Shown here: positions 1 to 13,500 of the stretch, piece after piece
How the letters are laid out: the number at the start of each line of letters is the position of its first letter
How positions within the stretch are numbered: position 1 is the first letter of the stretch
NCBI GenBank assembly: GCA_002633005.1
Contig: NMRA01000160.1
Span: forward strand, 689,102 to 753,101
Origin: Phoronis australis
Lineage: Eukaryota > Animalia > Phoronida
Direction of reading: 5' to 3'
DNA length: 64,000 nucleotides
Made by a program: the position numbers and the translations under genes
The notes under the pieces: model-generated
What the model saw: the letters and a program-made list of their open reading frames with translations, nothing else
What the model was told of the DNA's origin: nothing
Databases searched by the model: none

Positions 1-289
1 ACAATGGAAGTGGTAATACCATATATAGAACTTCCTTTACTCAGAATCAATTAAACTATAGTCTTGCACTAACCGGCATGCGTGAGTAATATATCTGCTA
101 TATGTTTATCAAACATTACAAAATGAAATTTCATACTGAAGAAATTTTAAGCTAACTTATGCTTCCAAGACATTAAAAATGGTTTTCTGTGACCAAACAC
201 ATACGTATGTAGACACACATTATCCCAGACTGTCCAACGTTTGCTGCTCTCTCCTGAACGCTTCGATGAATGTTCATGATGTTTTCTAG

Positions 290-720
290 ACGTGCTTCTA
301 TGGGATGGTATGAGCTAATTTTTGGGCAGATCCAACAACCGGTGTGCCCCATAGTGGCAATTTTAGGGCTTTTTTACGTTTTCTTTTGAGTCTGGAGTTC
401 CTTGATGGTCTTTCGTGATATTTTGCTTTCTAGGTCTCTGTTCAGAAAGCAACGTTGCCTTCAGTTTTCAAATTAATTTGTGTGTTGTACTCCACCTAGT
501 GGTTATTTTTAGTATTTTTGAGTCAATATCTACCAAGTTCATTGATTGATCTCCATGAAATGTGTGTTTATTTAAAAGAGCTCATCAAGTTCAACTGATT
601 TGGATTTTGGGTCAAATCCGACTACTGGAGAGTCTCATAGTGGCAATTTTGTTTTTGTTTTTCTTTGAGTTTGTCTTGATATTTATAATGTTCCTTGATT
701 GGTGTTCATGAAATATGGTG
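290..720 (+). mobile_element. old degenerate fragment of the HINE-like family A, shared with copy 2 (about 49070-49480)
   Basis: cagatccaacaaccggtgtgccccatagtggcaatttt and ccgactactgg...tagtggcaatttt motifs at homologous positions in both paralogues. Confidence 0.65.
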
Positions 721-1406
721 AATGAGGCCTTTTTTTTGGATTTTGTGTTCTTAGTTGTCTGCCTCCCTGTCCTCCAAAGAATCATGATGAGAGATGGCGG
801 GTGGATTCCTATTGATGAGAGCTGGCCTCAATTTCATATTATTCTGTCAAGTGATTGGAAACCAATGTCGGGAACTACAGATTTTGCTGCTCTGCAGCTC
901 TGGTCAAAATTATTAATTTCAAGAGGTGTATATCCGACCTAACAATAATTCCAAAAATGTGTCTTTGGGCCCTTTATCTGATTATATCTTGTGAAGATTT
1001 TCACCACCTGAAAGCCACATTGTCATCATTTCCTTTCTCGATGACTAGACCTTGTATAACGTCTACTAGTTGAGTTCTTGTCGCCAGTGTCTCCTTGACG
1101 TGTTCTCTACTATCTATCTTGACTCGTCACTGCGTCGTGTTTTGCAGTGACGAGTTTGGCTCACTTGCGTCAAGTTTAAAAACCTGAGCAACGAGTTTGA
1201 AATATTGGGAGTTTAGCCATTGCCTGAGCAAATTAGGACACTTTGGGCTTTTGGTACCAGTTCAGTGCAGTTATTTCAAACTCCCCTTAGTATAGACATT
1301 GATTTTGAATACATGTATATGAATTTTGACATTTTGGTCGAGTTTGAATTTTGTGTTGTGGAGAGCACTGCCTTGCATGTACAGTGTTGACATGCGTGTT
1401 TTGCAG

Positions 1407-1519
1407 GTGGTTTCAAGCGTAGATTAGATGATGATGGTGGCAATGATGGTAGCTCCATCAAGAGGTTCAAGATTGGTGAGGGTCCGAACATGGAACTGAG
1501 GGTCCTTGTGTTGTCCAAG
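1407..1519 (+). CDS. HNRNPK: copy 1 exon: bipartite NLS and start of KH1
   Basis: ttgcag|GTGGTTTC...TCCAAG|gtaggt; encodes [37 protein letters not shown]. Confidence 0.93.
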
Positions 1520-4500
1520 GTAGGTGAGGTGTTGCGACAACTAGGTCATGTCAAATTAAGCTAGAGTACATCAGCAATGCCCTGATCACTCGTGGCCCTT
1601 GATCCCTCGAAATTGGGGCCCCCTCTCAAAATATTTTAAAATCCCACAAAATTCCCCTCATATGATCAAAAATTCCCCTTTGAATGATTAAAAGTTCCCC
1701 TCGCAGTTTTTCCCTGGAAGAACCTTAAAAATGTGTATTCAAACCTACTTACTTAAATCACGAGGCCGCCAGACACCGGAAACGTCACAAACTGGTTTCT
1801 CTATAAAGTAAGTGCCACATACAGGAGTGCTAGAACCAGTTTTGCATTATTTCACTCTTGTGAACTGAAGACACAAAACTAAGAGACAGCTTCCATTTGT
1901 CTGCGGCTCAAAATGGAACACAACTAAAATCACTATTTTACTGCAACGAAGTGTTCAACTGTGTGGGGAGGGGTGCCAGCGCTGTAATGGCGATTTCTGG
2001 CTTCTTAGCATGATCTCGTGTAGGTGGCGGCGCTGGCCAAAAGAAAGCAAGGTGAAGTAAACGTCAATTTGTTACTTAATGAGTTTTATATTTACTACTT
2101 TGCACGATTTAGCTTTATTTTGCAAGCCACAAGTTATGTTAACGTTTTTGGACTTAAATGCCTTGCTCATCAAAATGCCCACGTGGCTGGCGTACCCGTG
2201 TTTTAACCCGGGGATAGAGGGTGAATTCCTGCCCAATTTTTAGGTCGGTATCAATGAAATGCGTAACCCTGGGATATGGGGAACCTCTGCCCAGTTTTTT
2301 AGGTGAACATCATGCCCATATGGCAGGCGTACCCCGCCGTAACCAGGGATAGGGAGCATTTATTTCGCTAATAATTTTTGAAAATGGCTAAAAGTTTTCA
2401 GATGCTTTAGCCATTTTGGCTAATACCTTTAAAGGCCTGATATGGTGCCAAAATGACTATTTTTACATCTAAAATACATTTATTGATGAAAGATATCAAC
2501 ATACTGTGTCATAGCATACCCCAGGCGTTGATTAAGTAGGCCTTTGACAATACAGTAGCCCCATCATGAACCCCTTTTAGCGCCAAAAAAATTTGAGATG
2601 ACGCTTGCACCAATCGAAGTCTATGACATCATCGTTACAAGGAATTGGCTTTCATCCTGTCTCCATCGTATTGGAATCAGCCAGGACTGGCCCTTTAATT
2701 TAGTGCAAAATATGTGGAAAATCAAGGAATCTTATTAATTGTTCATTTCATGTCAATTAATACTCAAACTGATCAAAATCATTTCCTTTAAAGTATTTTA
2801 TTCAATTATTTAGCACACATTCTAATATGGGCCCTTATGGGAATCCCCGGGAGTGTGACTGGGGTCGCCGAAACAGCTGGAAAAACAAAACGCTTCGTCT
2901 GAATCAGGCAATTTCACAATGTTTATTACAAAGTGTAATTTACTTGATACAAAAACTTTGATGTTAGGAACTTTGCATTCATGTCTTTTTGAAGCCGAAG
3001 GTGTGAACGCTGCGTGATTCCGATATGGGTCGCTGTCGAGGATGTGTCCTGTATTGGATCGGCGACAATAAGCCGTTAAATTATGTGCAAAATACATGGA
3101 AATGTTACAACACATATTAACTTAATCTTTACGTACAAAGCAATTATATTCAAATTCATTGAAAATTTTATTATGTATTGGAAACTTAATTTTCAAAGTA
3201 ATTCGTCTTGAAATCCTGCAACCCGTAGTCGCCGCCATTTTGACTCGGTCAACCTTAAAAGATTGAAAGTTTTATAGCAACACGTTTTGAGGTATGAAAT
3301 AAAGTCTTGATTTCATAAAAACATACCGAATTATGAGGATTTGTAATCAATTGAACGTTTTCAATTCAATTAAAAAATATATTTGGATATGTGCCGCCAG
3401 TATCTGAATTTCGTTAGGCCTACGGGAACGACCCAAATCAGAATATTCTGATTTGGGCCAAAATAGTAACACGAAACGTCGAAGTGCGCTCTACAGATCT
3501 GTAGCCAGCCTGCTAGCGTTTGAAGACTGTTGTAAAAATAAAGCTAACTAACACTGTGAATTGAGCTCCGTTAGACCGTTAAATTTCATACAGGCCGGGT
3601 ATGAGTACTGTTAGTCACCTCGTAACTTATATGGCAGACGGACGGGGTGCATGCAAAATCTGTGGGAGACAATTTCGACAGTCACCTTGCCCGTTGCTAG
3701 CAGTTTACGTTAGTGAAAAACAATCTAATGAACGTCATTTTCTAGCATAATTCTCCGCCTTTTGAGTTTTGTAACAAAGAAAGTCTGTCGTCGTTTTGAA
3801 AACAGTAGGAATGTGACACACGCACGCGCCGTTCTAAAATTTTGCGACATCTCTTGGGACATGATGACAGCTTTGCAGCAGCCAAGTTTGTTCTACAATT
3901 CGGTTTGCTGGTCTTAAAAATACTAAAAACTTGCAACAAAATGAAACCAGTTCCGACAACTTGTTGTGACATGTACGCAACCTCGTGGCAGCGAAGAGCA
4001 GTTGACAAGAATAAATTGGGGAAAAGAAACTGTTCGGGTCAGGTGACGTAATCGCCAAAAGCCGACTCACAAGAGCGAACTTCAATTTTAGCAGTAGATG
4101 AGCGGTAGAACGCCAATTTTTCCAACACCGATAAATAATTTGGTTTACTCAAAGAAGATCGAGTGGTGTTAGCTTTTAATGACAGTACTTTTGTTTCAGA
4201 TTTTCTATAGTCATTTTTACCCAAATCAGCGCAAAGCTGTAGGTTTTGTGTACAGCTTTGCACTTAGTCTAGAGCAGATCTTGCTGAACTGTGATCAGGA
4301 ATTTTGTCACCAGTCCTTGTCGTGGATGCGAATCTATTCCACGCAAGCACACGACGGGAAGTTGTGTGAATGTATGTCATTGCTGCTGACATTGCTACAC
4401 CGGTTCACCCTGCAAAGCGGCATTTTAGCCCAGAGATCGACAAGTACAGAATGTCCAAGAAATGGCACTCAGCTGTTACGCAGTGTGGCTTCCGAGTAAT

Positions 4501-7500
4501 TTTGTGGCCACGATGATGTTATATGAACCACTTTACACTGATTGGTTGAGATTTTTTCTGGGGCGCTCATCGAGTCTATGGATTATGAGCGGTGTAATGT
4601 GTGTTTCAATTAATAACTTTCTGTGGTATGTAAGAAGCATAAACAATATTTTTTATGAACAATACTGTCATGCATTTGTGGTGTCAAAAAGGTGTTTTAG
4701 CTGCAGGAGACTATCTTTAAAAATCCAGCGTGAGTCTAGTTAACTAAATTTGTGTTTAAGGTGTTAGTAGTGGCATATTTAGTACACATTGAATGTTATT
4801 TTCATAGATGAATGTTTACCATATTTGCCGTAATAACCGCCCAGGGCGCTTAGAAAAGTTTGTTTCAGGGTGGACGCTTATTATAAACCAAGGCCATTGA
4901 AACCTGGTCTCCGAAACGGGTGAAATAGGAAGCTAAGATTCATCATATTTACGCTCTGTTACGTATCTGTAATCTATGAAAGACTTTCTACAAAACGGTG
5001 GTGCATTGCTATCAAACTTTGCTGCTAAATTACAATCATTTTACAGAAATTTGTGCTGAAAACCCAGGGCAAAAACTCGCCGACTGCCTGCCTCGCAATC
5101 GTCGATATGGCGACTTGAATGCTTGAATAAAAATACAGTTTCGACTCGAGCAAATTACCTGAAATCCTCCTTAAGTTTTCCAAGTAGCGTCCCTAGGATT
5201 TTTAAGTTCCCGTGGAGTCGGGATCATGGCAGGTTTAAGTACAAATCTGTGCTACATCGTGCCATCTACATGTATGATCAGCAACATGAGAAAAATGTCT
5301 GGACGAACACACAAGTTGTTGTCACATGACGTTTGTTTTGAAGTTGTCTGCGTTTGTGAGTAAGCGAGCGCGTGCGTGTCACTGGAGTTCATTTGCCAGA
5401 CATTTGTCTCGGTAAGGCCATATTAGTCGACGTGTGACTGGATGCGTACGTGACTATCTGACAGTTATTTTTCGGTGTAAGGGTGTGTAAGCATTCACTG
5501 TCAGTGGTCATTTTATCGGATATTTGGCTTAAAAACACAAATTATGGTTAATCAAACAATTCATCTTAAAAGTAACGCAAACATTTTTTATAGTATGAGA
5601 AACTGTCGGAAATTAGTGCCAATATTCATTTCTTGCCGATGCTATGCTACCTGTTCCACGAATGGATAGTTCCCAACTAATGCCTGTGATGACAGGTTCA
5701 TGCATGTAGCGCGCGCTAATGGCCACGTGCTTTTAACACTGGCCAACCATTTTATTAGTCTTTGATTCGCAGTTTTCACGTGTAGGCCTACAAAGAAATT
5801 TGGATTCCTGTTGAAAGCGGGAAATATCTACAAAGCAATCCCGTAGTACAGTACTTCTGTTCTGAAAGGCCAGACCATTGGTCCATGCAATGTCAGCAGA
5901 ACTTTTGTATTCGGTTTGAGACATGGCGGAAGTTTGAAGTGTATAGTCATGGCTAAATACCGAAATAGCGGCGAGGCTCATGGTCTACAAATTCTGCGCA
6001 CAATGATTTTTTTCAGGACTGTCGGATATTATTGATAAATTGAAGACGTTACTGTAGATTTTTAGGACTGTTAGTAAGGCATTTTTCGCACGTACACGTT
6101 CATGGACTGGTCGCTTATTTTAGCAAAGTCTGAAAACGCTTGGGGGGGGCGGTTATTACGGCGAATGCGGTACTAAAAACTTCATTGTTCTGTGCTTGTG
6201 CGAAAATGGACCATTGTCTTGGTGTTGCCTTCATAAGCCACACATTCCTAAACAGTAACACATAGGATGTGGATGTCAAAGGCATAGTTACGATGATGAA
6301 TCAGCTATGTGACTACAGGTTGCCTTCACTGGCTCTTGTATAAATAAGTGGTGGTTGTAACAGTAATTACTCTATATCGTTTCACTTAAAGTTGGTACGT
6401 GCTTATTTGTGAAAGCATAAAAACCTCACAAAAAATCCCCTCTTCGTAAAAACTCTGCGAAAATTCGCGCCGCGTACAGGCACCGTAACCCTCAGGGGAG
6501 TGAGGGACCTGTCATTCCAACCTTGGAAACTGTCGTTGAACTCCCTTTTGTGCATTTAGTAATCGCACAGAAATGGACACTACTGCTTAAGGTTATGTTG
6601 GACACTAGAAAAAGGTCCAAATTTGGCCAACTTTGGAATATCGTATCTCAGAAATGGACGAACAGATTCCTGAGTATGTAACTTTCAAGTACTACGGGTG
6701 TATGCTTCGTGCACTCAGGTCTTCAAAATACTTTTGGAAATTGTTTTTAAAATGTCCCGCTTTTGCTTGAGGTGAGGTGCAGTCATAAAGTAGGACTTGA
6801 ATGACTGTTCTTGAAAAAAAATCGAAAGTTGCATATAGCTAAAACGAAATGATCATTTAGAAAAGTGAAACATTGATTTTGAGGTTTCATTTTGAACATT
6901 TATTATTCGCCCACATATTTATATGTCATCTGTGTATGGACGTCTGGCGTCTACGGCTGTATTTCCTAAACCCCTTGCAGGATCTTATTGAAATTTGGCG
7001 GGTGTGTTCCTATGGGGTTGACGACAGGGCGAAGAGTTTCGGAACGACCCGAATACTGCTCTGCCCCCAACTGGCAATTTTAGTTTTTTATGTTTGCCTC
7101 GGTATCTTTTTTTAGGTTCTCAACCAATTTTCATGAAATTTGGCACATAGGTGACGCAATCCTCCAGTTTTCTGATGGATTCGAGGCATTTTGCTCCATC
7201 TAGTGGCCGTTTTTACTATTTTCGAATCCGATTTTTAGCGTCCACCCTACTGTCAACCAAACCACTCAAAGGATGATTGCGAAAATTGGCATGTATCTTC
7301 TTACTATGAAGAGGACAGTTGACAATGATTTTCTGATGACTTGGCCTACTGTGGCAATTCTTAGTGGCAGTTTTGTGTTTTTGCACCCATGGCTGTATCT
7401 CCTAAATGCTATATAGGATCTTCACAACAACTTTAGACAGGTCGGACTACCGGTGTGCCCCCTAGTGGCAATTTTAGTTTTTTACGTTACGGATTTCCAT

Positions 7501-10500
7501 AAAGTTTGGCTCATAGGCATCTATTAATGAGGTGATACTGTCCTCCCGTTTTCGGATGGTTTCGAGGTATTTTGCGCCACCTGGTGGCCATTTTTACTGT
7601 TTTTCGAGTGGTTGTTGTGGAAATTGGCATGTATTGTTCTTACCATGAATAGGACAATTTACAATGTTTTTCTGACGACTTCAACTACTGTGGCACCTTC
7701 TAGTGGCAGTTTTGTTTTTGTTTTTGTTTTGCGCCCATGCATGCCTGTATCTCCTAAGCCTTCTGCAGGATCTTTATTAAATTAAGCATGTGTATTTATA
7801 TGAAATTAACAACGGAAGATGCCGACTTTCAGATGGGTCCGATTAACACTGCCTCCTAGTGGCAATTTGATTTTTTTCTGTTTTCCTATGTTTTTCTGAA
7901 GTTCCTCAATGAATTTTTATGAAAATTGTTAAATAGCTTTCTTTTAAGGAAACAGTGACATTTTCCAATTTTCAGACGGATACGACGTATTTTGCGCCAT
8001 CTAGTGGCCATTTTCACTGTTTTGTAGTCTGTTTTTGGCGTCTGCCCTTTGTTAACCAAACCACTCTTAGGATGAATGTGAAAATTGGCTTATATATTGT
8101 TAGTGTGAAGAGGACTGTTGACGATGATTTACCAACTTCAGTTGCTGTGACGCCTCCTAGTGGCAGTTTTTTCGCCCTTAGCTATCTCCTAAGCCCTCAG
8201 CAAGTAAGACGACAACTTTCAGACAGATCCACCATTAACACTTTGTTCCCTAGTGGAAATTTCATTTTTATGCGCCCACATATTTATATGTGGAGGCATT
8301 ATTTCCGTTTTGCTCTGTTTCTCTAAAGTTTCTCGACGGATTTTCATGAAACGTGGTAAATAGCTTTCTGTTGAAAAACGGTGACATTTTCCCGGTTTTA
8401 AAGTTTGATCATCTTGTCGATACAGTTGTTTTATTATCACTTTACATTTCTGTTTTGCTAAAAGTTGCTGAAAAGACGTGATCACGTGACTGAAGTGGCA
8501 AGATTGGTAAAAAATCCAATTCTACAGGCTTTCTACTTTCAGAAAATAAATAATTCTGCAAACAAGTTAAAATCTATTCTTTTGTAGATATTTGGCTGAA
8601 TAAACCAACTTGTCGTTAAGGTCTTACATAACCTTATCTTGCCTTGTTGAAATACCTGAAAAGATAAGATGCACCATTGTGTATATGGAATGAGAAAAAC
8701 AAATTAACTAAATCTGGTTTTCTCTCTTTGTGAAAAATCTGAGCAATGATAAGAAATGGAATGAGAAAAACAAAACTAAACCTGGTTTTCTCTCTTTGTG
8801 AAAAATCTGAGCAATGATAAGAAATGGTTTCCTTGCCTAGAAAACTGCTGTGAAATGAAATAATGCAATTGGTGTTGGAACCATGTTATATACCAATTGA
8901 CAGCAGAAGTTGGTGTTCAGTGTGAGTAATTTGTGAGCCTGTTCTGAGTTTTAGTGATCTCTTCTTCAGAATGCCGGAGCTATCATTGGCAAGGGTGGCA
9001 CCAACATCAAACGACTGAGGAGTGAGGTAGGTATTTTGGTGGTCAGATGTTACTTTTGAGCAACTTTTTTTTGGAAAGTGCTTTGGCATCAATCTCGTTT
9101 ACATTTCAACAGTACATAGATGTACCATTCTATTAAAGACAGTGTTGTAATATAATGTTGTTTACATCTTGTAACTTATGAACAGGGTTGTGGTCTAGCG
9201 ACCCTTTGATTGTCATGGTGACCATTGACAAGAAGTTTTGTCGCATGATCAATTAAAATGCCCAAAATTGGTGGAAATTGCCACTTGTTCATCAAACCTT
9301 TGTCATCCTCGTATGGTATATTTAATGTGTCATTACTTGTATTTTAAACTCTTGGGAGTGCTTCCTGTCATAGATACAGTTGACCTGGTAAAAGGGCAGA
9401 TTCAGTTTCATGATTACTTTGGTTAAGAGTACTTCGCTGAATTTGGGCACGTCATTATCAATATATCACTTTTTTCAAAGTCTAGCTGAACTTGCCGTTT
9501 GAGTAATATTGTATAGCTGATGTGTTGTCTGTCCAACTTTGTCAAAACTGTGTTCTCAAACAAAAAAAATGCCAAGCCTGACTTACCAACTTATGGTTAT
9601 TTTTTTGTATTGTCACAGTAAAGACTGCATACACATGGCATAATCAAATGCATCTTATTGGTATTGTTACAGCTGACTGTTAAGGAATAAAATTTGCTAC
9701 ATGGTTCCAGGCTGTAGTGGAAAGCCCGCAAATTGACAAAAAATAGTTTCCAAGCATAGGTGACTCGTGGAAAATGAGAAGGGTGAAATCTTGTTGAAAA
9801 CTTGCAGAAATTATGTAAAATAAAAACCTCTGATTTTGTCAGTCAAATAAGGAAACCAGTTGTTAGACACTGTTTACATTTTTGCTAAAAAGACTAAATG
9901 GAAATGCAATGGGTCATTCACGAGTAGAGGCTGTTCCACTAAAGTATGTATGGGAGGGAGAAGGCACTTATTTTTTACCCATAATTTAAAATTCTTTCAG
10001 AAGACAACCACCCATTAATTTTTTTTAAGTGTCGTCCCCCCAACGAACAGATTTTGCTGGAACAGCCTTAAGAACTCTTTGTTGTGTTTAGGTAGGTGTT
10101 TAAAGTGTACACAACATGACTAGTACCTCAAAATAAATTTTATTATTATGTCTTACTTGATTTCAGTGCCTTTAGTGCACAGCTCATAAAGTAACATGTA
10201 AAAATTGAAAAACTTATGTACAACGTCATGGGTTGAACCCTAGTCGTTCGCCATACTGTTCGGATCAGAGACAATTAAGAGTGAAGTGAAAGCAATGTAC
10301 ATTTAGCACCGAGAAGGTTCGTAGAGGGATCAGAAGATGTGTTTCCGGAGGCTGCAGCAACAGGAGCCAGGCGGAGAACGTCTCGGTGTTCCGAAGGACA
10401 CCAAAGTTGCGCAGAAGTGGCATCGCTTCGTGCGCCGAACGAGAGTGTGGGACCTCATCGTGGACCAAGCGATTCTGTTCGGGGCCACTCTGTGTTCTGC

Positions 10501-13500
10501 CCACTTTGAGGACTCGTGTTTCGACTCCAGTCACAGGAGTTGTTACGATGAAGGCCTGGTTCAATAAAGGACAATATTTATCATTCAGAAACATCGGCTC
10601 TTAATTCAGGATCGTCTGTTGGATGACTGGGTTGTCTCGCCAAGCCCGAGGCCGCTTCTCTCGCGGGAGGATCCAGTTCGTAAGTCGCAAAGTAGAAAAG
10701 TACGCAGCCGGAAGCACATCAGACTTGTTCTCGCTTTCGTGCAACCCCATTTCCTCATCCTGGCCACCATTCCCGTACGTTTCTTCATAGTATCATTCAA
10801 TTCTTGCTCATAATCGTCGTCGCTTTCAAATTCACTGCTCTCCGCCATTGTTCAATGCTAGTCAGTGATCTCTTGTGTTCAACCCATGACGTCACATGGC
10901 GGGAAATTTGAAAATTGGCAAACTTGAAAGCAAAATCAAAATTTCGAGCTAATTATACAAAATAAACATAGGTTTAGCTAAATTTTACGTCATACATTTA
11001 GTCTGTGGCCACCGGTAATTCAAAATGTGCAAAAATCCATGGTGTGTACTGTTTAAACACTAAGAACAGCATCCATCAACATGGGCAAATGATCATTGTT
11101 GGGCTATTGACCTTGCTGTGGATAGCGCGACACACACCCACTCACCCACACTCACCCACACACCCCCCACACACACATACACACACACCCTCACACACAT
11201 CCTCACACACACACACACACACACACTCAGTACTATGGGTACTATGTGGTCACCCAGAGCAACCAAACCTTAAGACCTATATGTGCAAAGTGTACACGTG
11301 ACTTCATTTTTGCAGACATGAGTAAATGTGTAGCACCTATCCGATATCAATTGTCGGCTTTCTGAGTATGCCATTGCCTTCGTCGCACGTCCTTCATTCT
11401 GGATCGGAGGACAAAGTTTAAGCTCTGTGATGTGCGTGCGTCGGTTTTCGCCATACGTAAAAGGTCAGTTAAAACTTCCGGTGCAATCCGTCAGTCAAAT
11501 GGGGACTCTCTCACCGGGAACCATGTGGCAGCCAAAACATCCAAGATGCACTAGTTTTGATGGGATTATCACCTAAATCTACGTGCCAATATATGCATAA
11601 ATTAAATAGTAAAATTTACCCATCAAATCCTCTTCTTGCAGAATGCAATGTAGTCCGGAACTGAGTTTATGCCAGTATTTGTGACGTGATATTTCGGCCT
11701 CACAGGCTCTTGTTGTTAAATGTCATGCATATACATATATATGTATATATATATATAGATGTCTCTCTCTCCCGTTATGCCCTGGCCTCTCTCCTGTCCA
11801 AACACTCACACTGCCCATTCGAATATGACGACTTGCCCCGATTGGCCCGTTGATTGTTGGCCCCACACACCGCCATTCTGCAGTACACACCAAGTGTCAT
11901 GGTTCCTGACGGTTTAAGCACAAAACGGTATGATATATGGTGTACGTATACAACTTTACTGTTGTGCCCAGAGCCTGGCTGGCCCTGTGCCAACACTTTG
12001 GAATGGTTCACATCTTTGGCAAGGGCTTATGTGATGTGGATTTTTAAATGACTTTGTTCTTATGATTGGCCTTTCTTGGGAAAACTTCTTAGTAAAGGGT
12101 TTTTGTTGAGCGTTTTGTACCACTCGGTTTTCTTCTCGTGATTTGCTCGAAGTGAATTTCGTTAAACTTTTTACAAATGATTCAAAAGATATCCTTAATC
12201 TTAATCTAATTTACGTTTCACTGTTAGTTTTGACTGTGAATGCAGTTTTTTAGCATCTACGTGAATATGACCAAGGTGTGTTTTATTCTGTACCAATTGT
12301 TCCTGTCACGATGTGTCTGGTGTTGCCTTGAGCTCACTGTCTCTCTTGAATCTTTCCAGGATCTTGTCCATGACTGCTCCGGTGGGTACTATCTGTGCAT
12401 GTATGAGGGACATCATACCGACCTTGGAAGACGTAAGTTGGGGATTCACGTTTAGGCTCAGTGGTGCAGTCCACGACCCTAGCCGCTGGCAAAACTGCTA
12501 CGGTGATAGGTTGTGGCTTATAGAATGGACAAAGTGAGTTTGCTCCTGTAACTCAACATTCCGGCCAATCTATCCTAAGAATTCAGTGGTGACTGTCTTG
12601 CTAGCGTACGCTAATACGGTCATGAGGTTACTTGTGATCCACTACCCTCTCTGTGATGAGGTATTGCGCGATTTTGCCAAACCGACTTCAATGTTTCCCC
12701 TGCGTGTAAAAATCTGGACGGCTCGCCATGCTCCTTTTTGGTCCCGCCACTCATAAATCATGCCCAAATTGACCGCCACAACCTAATCATGAAGGGGAAA
12801 ACTTCACCACTATGCAAAAAACGCTAGTAAAAATTATCGTTTGTAAAAATTTTGTTTGTAAAAATTATCGCTAGTAAAATTTATCGCTAGTAACAATTAT
12901 CGCTAACTGTAATAATGAATACTCACAAGTCTCATGGCTACTTTTGCCGTTTGTGGCTCAAATGCGACATTCAACAGGTTACTGAACCATAGCACAGTGC
13001 CAATATGATGATATTGAATGGAAACCAGTCTCAGATTCGTCTGCATGGACTGGATGATACATTGCCTGCTATGCCCAGGATGCCGGCTAACGTCGATTCA
13101 ACTGATTTATGTTGAGCAATCCGCTATCGACGGAAGTTTCATTATGCAAATTAGTTTATCACGGCTAAAAAGTTCAATTCTTTTGGTTCCAAATACGTCG
13201 TGTCATGAGTTATGCTTGGGTCAAGGTACTGTCTACAATGAGTAAACTTGTAGAATGCACCAGACTGCACCTAATTACATCTAGTTTTTCAAATGTTACC
13301 TAGGAAAGTCCTCCCACCTAACCATGCTTGCATGCGGCGCCGTGTTTTGAAGTCGCTGCAACCATTCACCACCACACTTCTTTCGAAACTCAGACAATAG
13401 GGTAATCCATTTCCCATACTCGTGTGCGGCAGCGGGCTTTGCATCCTGTTTTAGCCATTCACCACCACACTTCTTTCAAAACCCAGGCAATAGGGGGCTC

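Noticed and set aside
715-942. ORF apparently conserved with 49461-49709
   Set aside because: Similarity reflects the duplicated intron; the copies differ by indels and in their C-termini, and no domain is recognisable
8689-8828. ~70-bp tandem duplication in copy 1 intron
   Set aside because: Ordinary local slippage duplication with no sign of function
9409-9440. Possible box C/D snoRNA (ATGATT...CTGA)
   Set aside because: Box C is imperfect and the C-to-D distance (~30 nt) is too short; kept only as a hairpin observation
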